Assembly (NCBI GenBank): GCA_951406725.2
Contig: OX597820.1
Span: 47,492,001-47,556,000 of the forward strand
Origin: Octopus vulgaris
Lineage: Eukaryota
Reading direction: 5' to 3'
Length of the DNA stretch: 64,000 nucleotides
This document shows positions 25,427 to 38,822 of the stretch, piece by piece (within the stretch, counting starts at the first letter, position 1; every line of letters begins with the position of its first letter). Made by a program: the position numbers and the translations under genes. The notes beneath the pieces were generated by a model. It was not told where the DNA came from. It was given only the letters and a program-made list of their open reading frames with translations, and searched no databases.

Positions 25427-26231
25427 TTTCAGTAGCGAATACTGAGACGTTATGCACAATCGTTACATGAAATATTACACAATAGGGTTGAAATACCACA
25501 TCTTCAGAGGAATACATTAAGTCAATACTGCGTAACAACTACGCTGGTTGGCATTGCAATCGCACTTTAAGTTATTCTAATGTATATTAAACCAAGAGAT
25601 AAAAGGAGGACAAATACTCGATTAAAATTTAGACATTCAAGTATTTAAAGGCTCGAAACGTTAGTCGAGCTTAGATGTGCGAATATTCTGGTTACAATTA
25701 AGAGTAGATGAATATAAAATTTTAATGGCGTTTTTGTTGAAATTTCTATAGTACTTAACTTGTGAAGGAAGATGATTCCTAAATAAAATAATCATGTGTA
25801 GTTTTATTACTGTCGTGTGGAGGTGTGAAACATGTAATATTTACATCTAACAGATGGTTTCTTCAGTATCAGGAAGAATACGACGTGACGTCAATTCGCT
25901 ATTGTCCGTGCACTATAAGCATAAAAAGAAGCAGAGACGAGCAGGAAATAATTTTTATGCGATTAAACATACATTCATACATCCATCCATCCAAAATCAT
26001 AAATAAATATATATATATATATAGATGTATGAATATATAAGTTTATATATATATATAATATGTGTTTGTATGTGTTAGGGAGTCTATTCGGATGTTTATA
26101 TATATATCTATATATACGAATATACGTATGCATGTTGGTACATATGTGTATGTCTGTATATGTATATGTATACATATATATATCACATATATATATATAT
26201 ACATATATATATCACATATATATATATATAC

Positions 26232-26562
26232 ATCACCATCAAAATACAGGTCCAGATACTGCAACAGCTTGGGTTTCAGAGGACCACAGCTTTTCAACAT
26301 CCTCCCTAAATGCCTGAGAGACTTACATGGTGTGGATGTGGGTTTCTTTAAAACTAAACTGGATCTCTTCTTGTTGGGAGTCCCAGATGAACCTACCTCA
26401 CGACAGGAGACACGGATGCGGGCAGCAGCATCGAACTCCCTTGTTGATCAAGTGCCACGTATCAGAGGTGGATTCACAAACTAGTGTGGCTCATTCAGCG
26501 GTGGTGCCCCAGCATGGCCGCGGCCTTCGGGCTAAAACATTTTTAAGGATTTAAGGATTTAA

Positions 26563-26566
<4 letters not shown>
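26232..26566 (+). mobile_element. CR1-group LINE 3' end
   Basis: Open frame SPSKYRSRYCNSLGFRGPQLFNILPKCLRDLHGVDVGFFKTKLDLFLLGVPDEP...; tail GGTGCCCCAGCATGGCCGC then (TTTAAGGA)3; lies within TA-rich repeats. Confidence 0.88.
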
Positions 26567-26621
<55 letters not shown>

Positions 26622-27080
26622 TATAGGTGAGTGTCTGCAGGTGTGGGCGTGTGTTGTACGAGTCTGTATTTGTATCTGTAAATTAATTAACGGCAATAGA
26701 ATCCAAACCGCAGGTATTCGGATGCCAGCCCTGGGGATCGGTGTTGTATTTAGCTTACAGTTTGATATATTAATACAAACATGTGCTCTACGTTCACTAC
26801 TAGATTAGTTCCCATGAAGAACACCTCCCCACCATTTTATGTATGTATGTATGTATGTGTGCGTATGTATGTATGTATGTATGTATGTATGTATGTATGT
26901 ATGTATGTATGTATGTATGTGTGCGTATGTATGTATGTATGTATGTATGTATGTATGTATGTATGTATGTATGTATGTATGTATGTGTGTGTGTGTGTGT
27001 ATGTGTACATAGAAATATATGTATATGTATATTAACACATTAAATAGACGTATATAATGAAATATATATGTGTATTCGAA

Positions 27081-27128
<48 letters not shown>

Positions 27129-27148
27129 CACCCATCCATCCATCTCTC

Positions 27149-27179
<31 letters not shown>

Positions 27180-27205
27180 CATATACACATACATACATAC
27201 ACACA

Positions 27206-27265
<60 letters not shown>

Positions 27266-27596
27266 CATAGATATATACATAGATATATGCAAACATGTGT
27301 AGATACAGATTTATAAATACATACTTCGTCGTGTATAACAATAAATACACACACGCACACATACGCACACGCATAGACTACGCACATAGTGTGAGTGTTT
27401 GCGTGTTTTTCCTGAGAACTAATCTAGTATTGAACGGAAAACTCATGTTTGTATTATTAAATCTAAACGTAAGTCGAGATACGATATTGATCCCCAAAGC
27501 TGGTATCCAGTACCTGCGTTCTGGATTCTGTTGGTACTAATTAATTTACAGATATGAATGCAAAAGTACACAGAACAATCACACACAACACAACTG

Positions 27597-27649
<53 letters not shown>

Positions 27650-27763
27650 TTCTGCTTCTTGTACCGTTGTATTGTCAAGTTGCTCTGTTGTGAGAGCGCG
27701 AATTGTTATGCTATTTTATTGCAGTTTATTGTTGGATGTTTAGCCTAATGCCATCTCCGATCT

Positions 27764-28144
27764 GGAAGCACTCCGTCGGTTACGACGACGAGGGTTCCGG
27801 TTGATCCGATCAACGGAACAGCCTGCTCGTGAAATTAACGCGTAAGTGGCTGAGCACTCCACAGACACGTGCACCCTTAACGTAGTTCTCGGGGATATTC
27901 AGCGTGACACAGAGAGTGACAAGGCCGGCCCTTTGAAATACAGGTACAACAGAAACAGGAAGTAAGAGTGAGAGAAAGTTGTGGTGAAAGAGAACAGCGG
28001 GGATCACCACCATCCCTGCCGGAGCCTCGTGGAGCTTTAGGTGTTTTCGCTCAATAGACACTCACAACGCCCGGTCTGGGAATCGAAACCGCGATCCTAC
28101 GACCGCGAGTCCGCTGCCCTAACCACTGGGCCATTGCGCCTCCA
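27764..28144 (-). mobile_element. Full-length SINE-C (tRNA-Arg-like, OR-type) with 13-bp TSD
   Basis: Perfect TSD CCATCTCCGATCT at 27751-27763 and 28145-28157; intact head with A/B boxes. Confidence 0.92.
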
Positions 28145-28343
28145 CCATCTCCGATCTAACACACGTATGACTAAGATCAACCCACTTGTACCCATCACAT
28201 CTTTTCTGCATATTTAGGGACCAAATTAGCCGAATATGTCGTTTTGTAAAACGCTGAAGTGCTTAGAGAAGTTTTGCTACTCTTACAAGTAGATCAAGGG
28301 GAAAGGATACCTGTCTGCCTATCTATTTATCTATCCTATCTGC

Positions 28344-28445
<102 letters not shown>

Positions 28446-28594
28446 GTCTGTCTGTCTATTTACCTCCCTCCCTCCTTCCCTCTCCCTCCATCCCTCTCTC
28501 CCCATCCCCCTTCCTTCCTTCCTTTCCCTTCCTCCTTCCCTCCCCTCTCTTCCCACCCTTTTCCCCTTCCCCCTACCTACCTAGCGGTGTAAGG

Positions 28595-28810
28595 GAGGAA
28601 CAAACATAGACACAAAGGTACACATACACACACACACACACACGCACACGTATATATACGATGGACTTCTTTCAGTTTCTGTCTACCAAATCCACTCTCG
28701 AAGCTTTGGTCGGTCTGAGGCTATAGCAGAAGACGCCTGCCCGAGGTGCCACGCAGTGGGACTGAACCAAGATCCATGTGGTTAAGAAACAAACTTCTTA
28801 CCATACTGTT
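28595..28810 (-). mobile_element. SINE-B, 3'-truncated
   Basis: Head and internal CA tract. Confidence 0.8.
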
Positions 28811-28877
28811 GCGATTGACTATGCATAGTGCATGTGCGTAATACACATACACGCACAAATATACAGAACACACACAC

Positions 28878-29108
28878 TATTTCTTTACTACCCACAAGGG
28901 GCTAAACACAGAGGGGACAAACAGGGACAGACAAACGGATTAAGTCGATTATATCGACCTCAGTGCATAACTGGTACTTATTTAATCGACCCCGAACGGA
29001 TGAAAGGTTAAGTCGACCTCGGCGGAATTTGAACTCAGAACGTAACGGCAGACGTAATACGGCTACGCATTTCGCCTGGCGTGCTTAACGTTTCTGCCAG
29101 CTCGCCGC
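28878..29108 (-). mobile_element. SINE-A inserted in a CA repeat
   Basis: Near-consensus; flanked by TACAGAACACACACAC on both sides (28862 and 29112), consistent with a TSD. Confidence 0.9.
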
Positions 29109-29116
29109 TTTTACAG

Positions 29117-29155
<39 letters not shown>

Positions 29156-29579
29156 AATTGTTTGTTATTCAGATGACATCTTTTATAGAAGACTTATTTT
29201 CATATTTTGTTCTGTTTGTTCTGTTAGGTTCTAAGTGTGAACAGCCTTGTTAATCTCTTTGGTTCGATTAAAGTGTGAAAATAGGATGGATGAAAGACGG
29301 AAAAATTACTTTAGAAACAACAGTATACTAACGGTCATAATTGCTGGAGAGACAATCGATGCGCGGTTCGATTCCTGCAAAAGGCTTCCCTTCTTCCCGT
29401 CCTAGGGTTTTAAACTTTATAACCTTATGTTATTATGAGCAACTATTTGTTACTTGATTGGTATACGGAATGCACCGTTTAAAGGAAACACATGCATACA
29501 TAAATACGTATATACATAAACATACATGCATACGTACATGTATATATAAGTATACATATGCGCGCACGTGTGTGTGTGT

Positions 29580-29595
29580 ATATATATTCATACAA

Positions 29596-29627
<32 letters not shown>

Positions 29628-29635
29628 TCATACAA

Positions 29636-29667
<32 letters not shown>

Positions 29668-29679
29668 TCATACATACAA

Positions 29680-29720
<41 letters not shown>

Positions 29721-29785
29721 TACAAATATGTATATATATATATATATTCATACAAATATGTATATATATATATATATATATATAA
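29580..29785. repeat. Compound minisatellite: TTCATACAAATATG + (TA)n, 5 units
   Basis: Spacer at 29587, 29627, 29667, 29717 and 29747. Confidence 0.85.
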
Positions 29786-29864
29786 AAATAGTAAAAAGTG
29801 AAAAGACTACAGAAGGCTTGTTTTAAAAGGTTAAAAAATATATATTTGAGTCAACTTTCTCATC

Positions 29865-29895
<31 letters not shown>

Positions 29896-30466
29896 GTATA
29901 TTGCGTATGTATACACACACTCACACGCACATATTATCCATGAGTGTCTCAATGTGTGTGTTTGTATGCAAGTTATTAGAATGTATAATGTGCATGCAGT
30001 TGTATACACGTGCGTGCGTGAGTGAGTGTGCGAGTGCTTGTTTGCGTGTGTTTCTGCATACATGATCTTGAATGTCTGTGTGTGTGTGTGTCTGTATGCG
30101 ATATATCCTGATTTCTAAGAGTTTTTTTTATTATTAAAAAAGAAATATATACGTCAAAACATACAAGAAAATAATAATAAAAATTTGACAAAGATGAAAC
30201 AACATGAAATCACAATATATGCCCAGCAAATACATACAAGAGAATAGATAAATATATAGATATAAAAAAATATATATACCATGCGACTATCGATCAGTAA
30301 AATCGAAATTATAAAACAGAAAACAGCATATATATACATAGATACAAACACACACATACATGCATACATACAAATCTATACATACATGCATATGTATATA
30401 TACACACACATATATATATATAATATATATATATATATACATATATATACATACATGCATACATAC

Positions 30467-30525
<59 letters not shown>

Positions 30526-31206
30526 CCAAAAAGACCCACCACGCCTTCTTAATAATCGAAACAATTGTTTAATCCAACCCATTAAATCTAAACATAAATA
30601 TTTTCGAAACCATTGAAAAGAACAGCAAATACATAAATATATATAAATATATGTATGTAAAAACAAAAAAAAAAAATGAAAATATATACCCAGCACCTCG
30701 CCTTCCTGTTGTCTCTTTTACAGAGCCGCAAGATACGATATACTTACCTCCCTTGTCTCGTGTCTACCATCCCTTTCCTTTAACACCAAATAATATAAGA
30801 AGCAATAATGAACTTCACCTCTCGCCACCGGAAAAAATATTTTGCAAAATTATTTTTCTTCTACGTTTTACTTTATTTCGGTATTTATTTCTTTAATTTT
30901 TGTTTTGAAGCTCTGTTTTCAAAATTTTCATTTTTATTTCATGTTTAAAACCAATCCTTTGGAGAACTTTCTTATCAACACAAATCTAAAAAGATGATTT
31001 ATATGTGTATATAACATACAAACACACATAGACACGCGCATTTATACGCACGGACACACAAATATTCAGACACATATGTATACATTCATTCGTTTGATAT
31101 ACTTCAATACTCATATGTGGAAATTTACCGATACAAAAATGAGCAGGGTTATATATGTGTGCCTTTATACACGTACACAGACAGACGCAAAAATACATGT
31201 CTGTAC

Positions 31207-31274
<68 letters not shown>

Positions 31275-31582
31275 CATATATATATGTATATATATATATA
31301 TGTATATATATGCATATATGCATGCGTGTACGTTTTGCGTGTTCATTGTGTGTATCGAAAAAATTTTTAATCAATTCTGAAAAGCCAATCATTGTTTGGT
31401 TTCAAAGATCCTTTCATCTGACACCTCACTTCACCTAAATCACACTTATTTTGCTCCCAAGACCAATGGCGCCAGATCGAACCACGCGTCCAACATCACA
31501 TCAGTCCACATTTGCGACCCCATCTACGTATATATATATGAGTGTATGTATGTTTATGTGTGTGTATATATGTGTGTATGTA

Positions 31583-31627
<45 letters not shown>

Positions 31628-31834
31628 ATATGTATGGTGTGTGCCAGTAGAATTAATAGATCACAGACAATAAATAAAATTCAAAACACGAATGGATACA
31701 TTTTATTACTTTTTATCGGCAGAAGTTAGAAAGTAACTGAAGGGCCGAAATTTTCGCTATGCACGAAGCTCTCGGCCTCTTAGTGACTTAGAGAAAGTCA
31801 CTAAACTTTCTCCGATAAAAAGAAAAAATAGAAA

Positions 31835-31993
31835 ATGGTTTCAAATTTTGGCACTAGGCTAACAGTTTCAGGGTAGTGGGCTAATTCTATTACATCGAAC
31901 CTGTACTCAATTGGTACTTATTTAATCGACTCTGAAGTGCAAAGTCGACCTCGGCGCAATTTGAACTCAGAAAATAATGACGGAGGAAATACC

Positions 31994-31996
<3 letters not shown>
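31835..31996 (-). mobile_element. SINE-A, degraded
   Basis: Core TGGTACTTATTTAATCGAC...AAAGTCGACCTCGGCG. Confidence 0.75.
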
Positions 31997-32060
<64 letters not shown>

Positions 32061-32063
<3 letters not shown>

Positions 32064-32543
32064 GCCTTGATGCTGTCCCAGGCACTGACTCTCATGGCTT
32101 CTGAGCTTAAATGACTGGAAGTGTTATCATGTAGATGTTTTGTCTTGGTGTAAAAGATGTGCTACCGCAAATATTTTGCTCAGTACCACAGATCTACTTG
32201 TCAGTTGTTTGAACTTAACCGGTTGAGCATGTCTTTGAGTGGCCGACGATATGTATATCTCTGATCACGAGCAGAAGTAGTGGAGAAGCTTCATAGCCAT
32301 GTGTTGAGAGGAATTCTTTGGGGCTTGAATAAGTCACCTGTGGAAAGATGGGTGTTTCTTTCAACATCCTTAAACAATCTTTATTCAGGGACCTTTTGAG
32401 CTGGATTACCATGTCGTGCACATTTAGTTGTGACGCACGTGCCTTGTGTACCTTTATCAGACGGGTAGTTATAATGGGTATACTGGGCTTCGTATATTTG
32501 TATCCCAGTGTCACTTTGATGGCACGTATTGCTCTCTCGCTCA
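32061..32543. mobile_element. About 480-bp non-coding element inserted in (TAA)n
   Basis: Complex sequence bounded sharply by (TAA)n 31997-32060 and 32544-32636; no credible protein motif. Confidence 0.55.
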
Positions 32544-32546
32544 ATG

Positions 32547-32625
<79 letters not shown>

Positions 32626-32633
32626 TAATAATA

Positions 32634-32672
<39 letters not shown>

Positions 32673-32674
<2 letters not shown>

Positions 32675-33612
32675 ATCGAACTCGAAGGCATAATGAGATA
32701 CCTATCCCAAAGTAAGAAAACCTTGCTAGTGTCAGTTAGGAATGAGGGAGTATTGAAAGCAGAGAATAAAAGGAGAGCAAAGGAAGAAGTACAAAAGGGA
32801 CATGGAGAAGCATTAAGCAAGAAGGGACTATCAATTCCATGGAACCCCAAAAGAAGTTGCTGGAAAATATAAATGAGATTGGCTGAAGAAAGGAACACTA
32901 TAAAAGACAGACTAAGAGCAGTATACTGGCACCGCAAGACCGGTCAACCTTAGGAATGAGCAAGTGTCTCTGCTGTACCGCATCTGTAACAGAGTGGACG
33001 AAACAAGTGCCCAAAATCATTACAAGTTGTAGCAACAAGATCAGGTAGCGAAAGTGCGACATTGGAAACTGTGCGAAAAGTGGAGGCTAGCGAGAGGCAA
33101 GACGTGGTATGAGCACACACTGCAGCGAGTGGCAGAGTCGTAGGCTTGCAAAATGCTCTAGTATTTCCAAATCCAAACAGATCAGGTGTTAGAGTATAAC
33201 AGATCGGACCTAGTGGTGGTGTCATGATGAACTACATGTGCTATATAACTGATGTTGTGTATTCCTTTGACCCACGAATAGTCAAGAATGAAGGCGAAAA
33301 AATAGATAAATACAACCCTTTTGAGTACGAAAGAACTCGGCTATGAAAAATGAAGAAAGTGAAGATGATGCCAATTATTGTTGGATCCTTGGGGACAGTA
33401 TCAGAAGGCATTAAGAGAAATATAAAAGAAATCGGAATTGAGTGCTCAGTAGAACTGTTACAAAAGGTTTGCCTCCTTGCCACGACCAGAAAAATTAGGA
33501 TAGTAGTAGATAGTTGAAAAGAACAGATAGCGTGGTACCGTAGGCTGCAGGCAGCAAGCCCGTTACGCATGCAAGATTCCAGGAGCTCCAACAACACCTG
33601 AAATAAAAAGAA
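32673..33612 (+). mobile_element. R4/Dong-clade LINE 3' fragment (knuckle and RLE domain), decayed
   Basis: Motifs VAKVRHWKLCEKW, WYEH, FQIQTDQVLEYNRSDLVVV, EGEKIDKY, MPIIVGSLGTV, LLQKVCLLATTRKIR; TAA/TGA repeats on both sides. Confidence 0.88.
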
Positions 33613-33615
33613 ATA

Positions 33616-35023
33616 ATAATCCTTTCTACTGGAGGCACAAAGCCTGAAATTTTACGGGAGGGGGATAGTCGAATACATTGACCCCAGTACTCAACTGGTA
33701 CCTATTTTGTCGATCCCGAAGGGATGAAAAGCAAAGTCAACCTCAGTGGAATTTGAACTTGAAACGTAAGGAGGGACGAAATGACGCTAAGAATTTTGCC
33801 CAACGTGCAAACGATTCTGTCAGCGCACAGCCTTCATAATAATCCCTTCTACTATAGACACAAAGCCTGAAATTTTTGGGAAGGAGGCTAGTTGATTAGT
33901 CAGGTGTGTCAAGCAGTGTTTAGTAGGGTGTGTTCAAAGTGCTGTTATAGCTATCTCCATCAATCTAAAAAACAGTAGATGTATAGAAATGATATACTGA
34001 AAGAGAAATAATCTGGGGCAGTTATGACCGACTCTCCTAAAAAAGTCTTAAGCAATTTCGAGGGAAGTCTTAAGCAATTTCGATTACATCGATTACAGTG
34101 TTCAACTGGTACTTATTTTATCGACTGCGAAAGAACGAAAGGCAAAGTCACCTTCGGCTGAATTTGATCTCAGAACGTGAAGTCGGACGGTATACTGATA
34201 AACATTTTACCCGACATGCTAATGAGCCTACCAGCTCGCTGTCTTAATAGCAGTAGATATCAATTTCAAATTTTAGCATACGGCCAGTAATTTCGGGGGA
34301 GAGGGTAAGTCGATTACATCGACCCCAGGGTTCAACTGGTACTTATTTTATCGACTGCGAACGGATGAAAGGCAACGTCGACCCCGGCGGTATTTGAATT
34401 CAGAGAAATATTGCTAAGCAATTTTCCGGTGCGGTAACGATTCTTTTCTACTCGAGGTACAAGACCCGAAATTTTGGGGGAGGGAGCCAGCCGATTAGAT
34501 CGATCCCAGTACGCAACTGGTACTTAATTTATTGAACCCCAAAAGGATGAAAGGCAAAGTCAACCTCGACGGAATTTGAACTCAGAACGTAAAGACAGAC
34601 GAAATACATATTTCTTTACTACCCACAAGGGGCTAAACACAGAGAGGACAAACAAGGACAAACAAACGGATTAAGTTGATTATATCGACCCCAGTGCGTA
34701 ACTGGTACTTATTTAATCGACCACGAAAGGATGAAAGGCAAAGTCGACCTCGGCGGAATTTGAACTCAGAACGTAAAGACAGACGAAATACATATTTCTT
34801 TACTACCCACAAGTGGCTAAACACAGAGGGGACAAACAAGGACAGACAAACGGATTAAGTCGATTACATCGACCCTAGTGCGTAACTGGTACTTATTTAA
34901 TCGACACCGAAAGGATGAAAGGCTAAGTCGACCTCGGCGGAATTTGAACTCAGAACGTGACGGCAGACGAAATACCGTTGAGCATTTCGCCTGGCGTGCT
35001 AACGTTTCTGCCAGCTCGCCGCT
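33616..35023 (-). mobile_element. Cluster of about six SINE-A units, ending in a near-consensus trimer (34443-35023)
   Basis: Repeated core; one unit is interrupted by an insert at about 33900-34080. Confidence 0.9.
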
Positions 35024-36049
35024 TCAATCGCAGCAGCTATTGAGGCCACAAAATAAATCTGGGGATGTTGCACTCAGTTAGAAGAGAATACTAGCATTTA
35101 TATCATTTCTCTGCTCTTCTACAACTCACTGTGAACAATTTTTACAGCGTTACTCTATTGTTTCTTATATTATTAACAATCAATTTACTATCTCTAGTTG
35201 CTATATCTGCTACGTTCTCACCTTTCTCACATCTCACCACACTACTGAGATTCAGTGGTATTATATTGGTAGTCCTGAGAGCCTGATATTGAGCTTCAGA
35301 GATCTATAATTCCGTTTCAAGCCTTAAGTCTCATTCTCTTAATCCTTGACCACGATTTAACTACTTCAAAACTTTCATCCACCTTCCTGAAAACCTGACC
35401 ACACATGTATTTATTTATTCATTTATTTATTCATTTATTTATTTATTTCTATTTTCTAGTCGTCTCTGTATTTTCAAGATATCGCATTCCGAATTCTTCA
35501 GGTGTTATGTATCCTTCAGTCAGAGCCATTCAGATTTTCTTATCGTTTTCCTACTTCGTAATTCTTTACCTTGCCACTTCTCATTTTTTTCTTTCTTCAT
35601 AACTTTACGCCACTTCCCGTTCTTTCTTACAGATCCGCTTATTAGAAGGAGGAAAAAAAATATAATAATAGTAAAATCCAGTCAAGCAAGCAAACAAACA
35701 CTTCCCTTTCTTTATCGATGATTCTCGGCATCACACGCAGCTTTAAAACCTTCGGCTCTATGAAGATTATTCTTTCCCGCTCTTGAGCAATTTTTTCCAC
35801 TCAATTTACTAAAGAATGGAAAAATATCGCTTCCAGAACATCCATCTGTCCAGAGAGGAAAGGAATACATTGCATGTCAAACTCTGATGACCAATACTGA
35901 TTTCATTCACACACATACATGGTTATGCACAAATACGCATATACGCATACTCAAATACATATTTACCCGCATATCTTCACAAATCCCCACACGTAAATAC
36001 ATGCACACACATACATGCACATACATGCATATGTATGCTTGTGTATATA

Positions 36050-36103
<54 letters not shown>

Positions 36104-36213
36104 CATACATACATACATACATACATACATACATACATACATACGCACATACATACATACACACATACATACATATATATGTGTGTGAGTGTGTATGCGT
36201 GTGTGTATATATT

Positions 36214-36244
<31 letters not shown>

Positions 36245-36771
36245 ATACACACACGTGCATAGATACTGATAAAAGCACAGAAATACATGCTTAAACAGGC
36301 ATACATGTTCACATACGTACACACGTGACGTATATATACATGGAAACACAAACACATACATAAACACATATACATATGAGAACACACACACACGTATAGA
36401 TATATATACATAAACGAATACACACATCCTTACTTGCACGTGTGCATAGCTACATTATCACCTACACACATTTACATATACACTTAGGCACAAATGTGAT
36501 GTTAAAGAGAGTGTATGATATTTTCTGAAGCTTATGGGTTTTGCATTAAAGTAATTGCACTGCAACTGTTGTGTTATATTTTTGCACAGATCACTTCTGC
36601 ATGAATCGGTTCATCAACGTACCAGCAGTAAACTCGAAGCTAAGCTAACACTTTATCCAGGGAAACTATTAGCTCTCATGTATTTAAGGCATATAACAGA
36701 AGAGAAAGGGATCTGGCTGATCGTTATGATCCACGCAGAGTATCTGCAACATCAATATATATTAATTAAAA

Positions 36772-36985
36772 AAGCGGCGAGCTAGCAGAATCGCTGCAGC
36801 GCCGGGAAGAAAATGCTTAACAGCATTTCGTCCTCCTGACGTTCTGTGTTCAAATTCCGCTGAGACTGACTTTGTCTTTCATCCTTTCGGAATCGATAAA
36901 ATAAGTACCAGTTGAGCACTGGGACGATGTAATAGACTTACTCCGTCTCTGAAATTTCTGAATTTGCGCTAAAATTTGAAGCCAA
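36772..36985 (+). mobile_element. SINE-A
   Basis: Head GCGGCGAGCTAGCAGAATCG and core. Confidence 0.85.
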
Positions 36986-37584
36986 TGTACACGAACAAAC
37001 CTCAAATGTATTTGGTAAGATGGTAACAGTGGTGTAGGATAATTAAAAGTTGGAGAAAAAATAAATTGTTATACTTTGCCTGTTCTAGTCACTGGATTGC
37101 AACTATGCTAGGGCGATGGATTAAACAATTAATGGTCTAGTCGAACAAATCTATCCCAGTATCCCAGTACATATTTTTCTGTTTCTGTATACACACACAC
37201 ACACACACACGCGCGCGCGCGCGTATATAGGTAACTGTTTTGTCGAAGAAGTATCTTGTCGTGAATTGCTCGAAATACGGACTGGAAAAACAACCGACAA
37301 CTGATGAAAGGTCGTTCTTTATATTGCTTGCCTTGTTTTCCATTTGTTTCTTTCGTTGATCGCAAAAAGAAAATGTTCGTATTCAACGCTTTCGTATTTC
37401 CTATTGTTTACGTTCTATGACGTCCTGTGCCCATATATGCATATATGTAAACATATATATGCAAGTATGCACATATATGTATGTTTATATGCGTATGTAT
37501 ATACATATATATCTTATTTATATTTTTATTTTATAATATATATTCATCCATAAGTTGATAGTATCTATCAACTTATCTATCAAC

Positions 37585-37686
<102 letters not shown>

Positions 37687-37729
37687 GTATATATGTATAT
37701 GTATATATATGTATATATATATATATATG

Positions 37730-37784
<55 letters not shown>

Positions 37785-38023
37785 TGGTTTCAGTTATTAG
37801 ACTGCGGTTATGCTGGTACAACACCATCTTGAAGAATTTTAGTCGAACAAATCGATCGCAGTATTAATCTTTTTAAAACCTGGTGCTTATTCTGTCGTAC
37901 TATTTTGCGAAACCGCTAGGCTACGGAGACGTAAACAAACTAGCACAGTGATGGGCGATAAACAGAACACAGACACAAAGACTCACACACACACACACAC
38001 ACATACACACACACACACACAAA

Positions 38024-38062
<39 letters not shown>

Positions 38063-38230
38063 TTAAGACGAATTTCTTTTAGTTTTCTCCAACCAAATCT
38101 ACTCACAAGGCATTTGTTTGTCCGCGGTTATGATAAAAAGGCTTGCCCAAGTTGCTACACAGTGAGATTGAACTCAAGACCACATGACTGGGAAACAAGC
38201 TTCTTACCCACACAACCACATCAGCGCCTA
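37785..38230 (-). mobile_element. SINE-B, full length and diverged, with internal (CA)n
   Basis: Tail, body, CA tract and head collinear with 53692-54127. Confidence 0.85.
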
Positions 38231-38299
38231 TGAAAACAGTCAACCCCGAATGGGAAGATCTTCAAACAGATTTCTGACTTGTTTTGCAGAATTTGTTGC

Positions 38300-38733
38300 A
38301 GTTGCTTCCTCCAGAGTCATATCCCAATGATGATCAAGTTCGTCGGAAAAAAATCATGTAAAAAAAAATGTCGCCGAAAACAATCCCAGTAATGAAAACA
38401 TAGGAATCCAAAATTTCATATTGCAGGTCCGGATTCGGTTCAGAATGTTTTTAATTTACTTACGGAGTTAGCCTTGAGATTATAAAAATTGTTATCGTAC
38501 TAAAAAATTTGTCGCAAAAAGTCAAGTAAAAAAAAAATCGCCGAAAAGAGTCAGTTATGAAAACTTGGGAAGCCAAAATTTCAGAGTTGTGAGTTTGGAT
38601 TCGGCCCAGAATGTTTTTAATTTACTCACAGAATCAGTGTGATTCCCAAATGGTATAATATGTTGGGCTACGGCTTCTAGGAGTAAAGTTGAGAAAGTGT
38701 GGACACACTGACATTCACATTTATTATATTAGA
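38300..38733 (-). mobile_element. Helitron-like element 5' portion with internal duplication of about 165 bp
   Basis: Minus strand starts A|TCTAATATAATAAA; CGCCGAAAA...CCAAAATTTCA...GGATTCGG..CAGAATGTTTTTAATTTACT occurs twice (about 38372 and 38539). Confidence 0.5.
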
Positions 38734-38785
38734 TACGTTTAATTTTAGGAAACTTTATTTCCGTTAAAGTGTATTTTTTATATAT

Positions 38786-38822
<37 letters not shown>

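Noticed and set aside
28065-28144. tRNA-Arg-like sequence as a tRNA gene
   Set aside because: It is the head of a TSD-flanked SINE and continues into the SINE body; no acceptor stem closure or terminator.
32215-32937. 240-aa and 174-aa ORFs
   Set aside because: Chimeric read-through of a non-coding repeat, (TAA)n and a decayed LINE.
37295-37320. CTGATGA box in a microsatellite-flanked island
   Set aside because: No downstream stem II-GAAA; a ribozyme fold cannot be completed.
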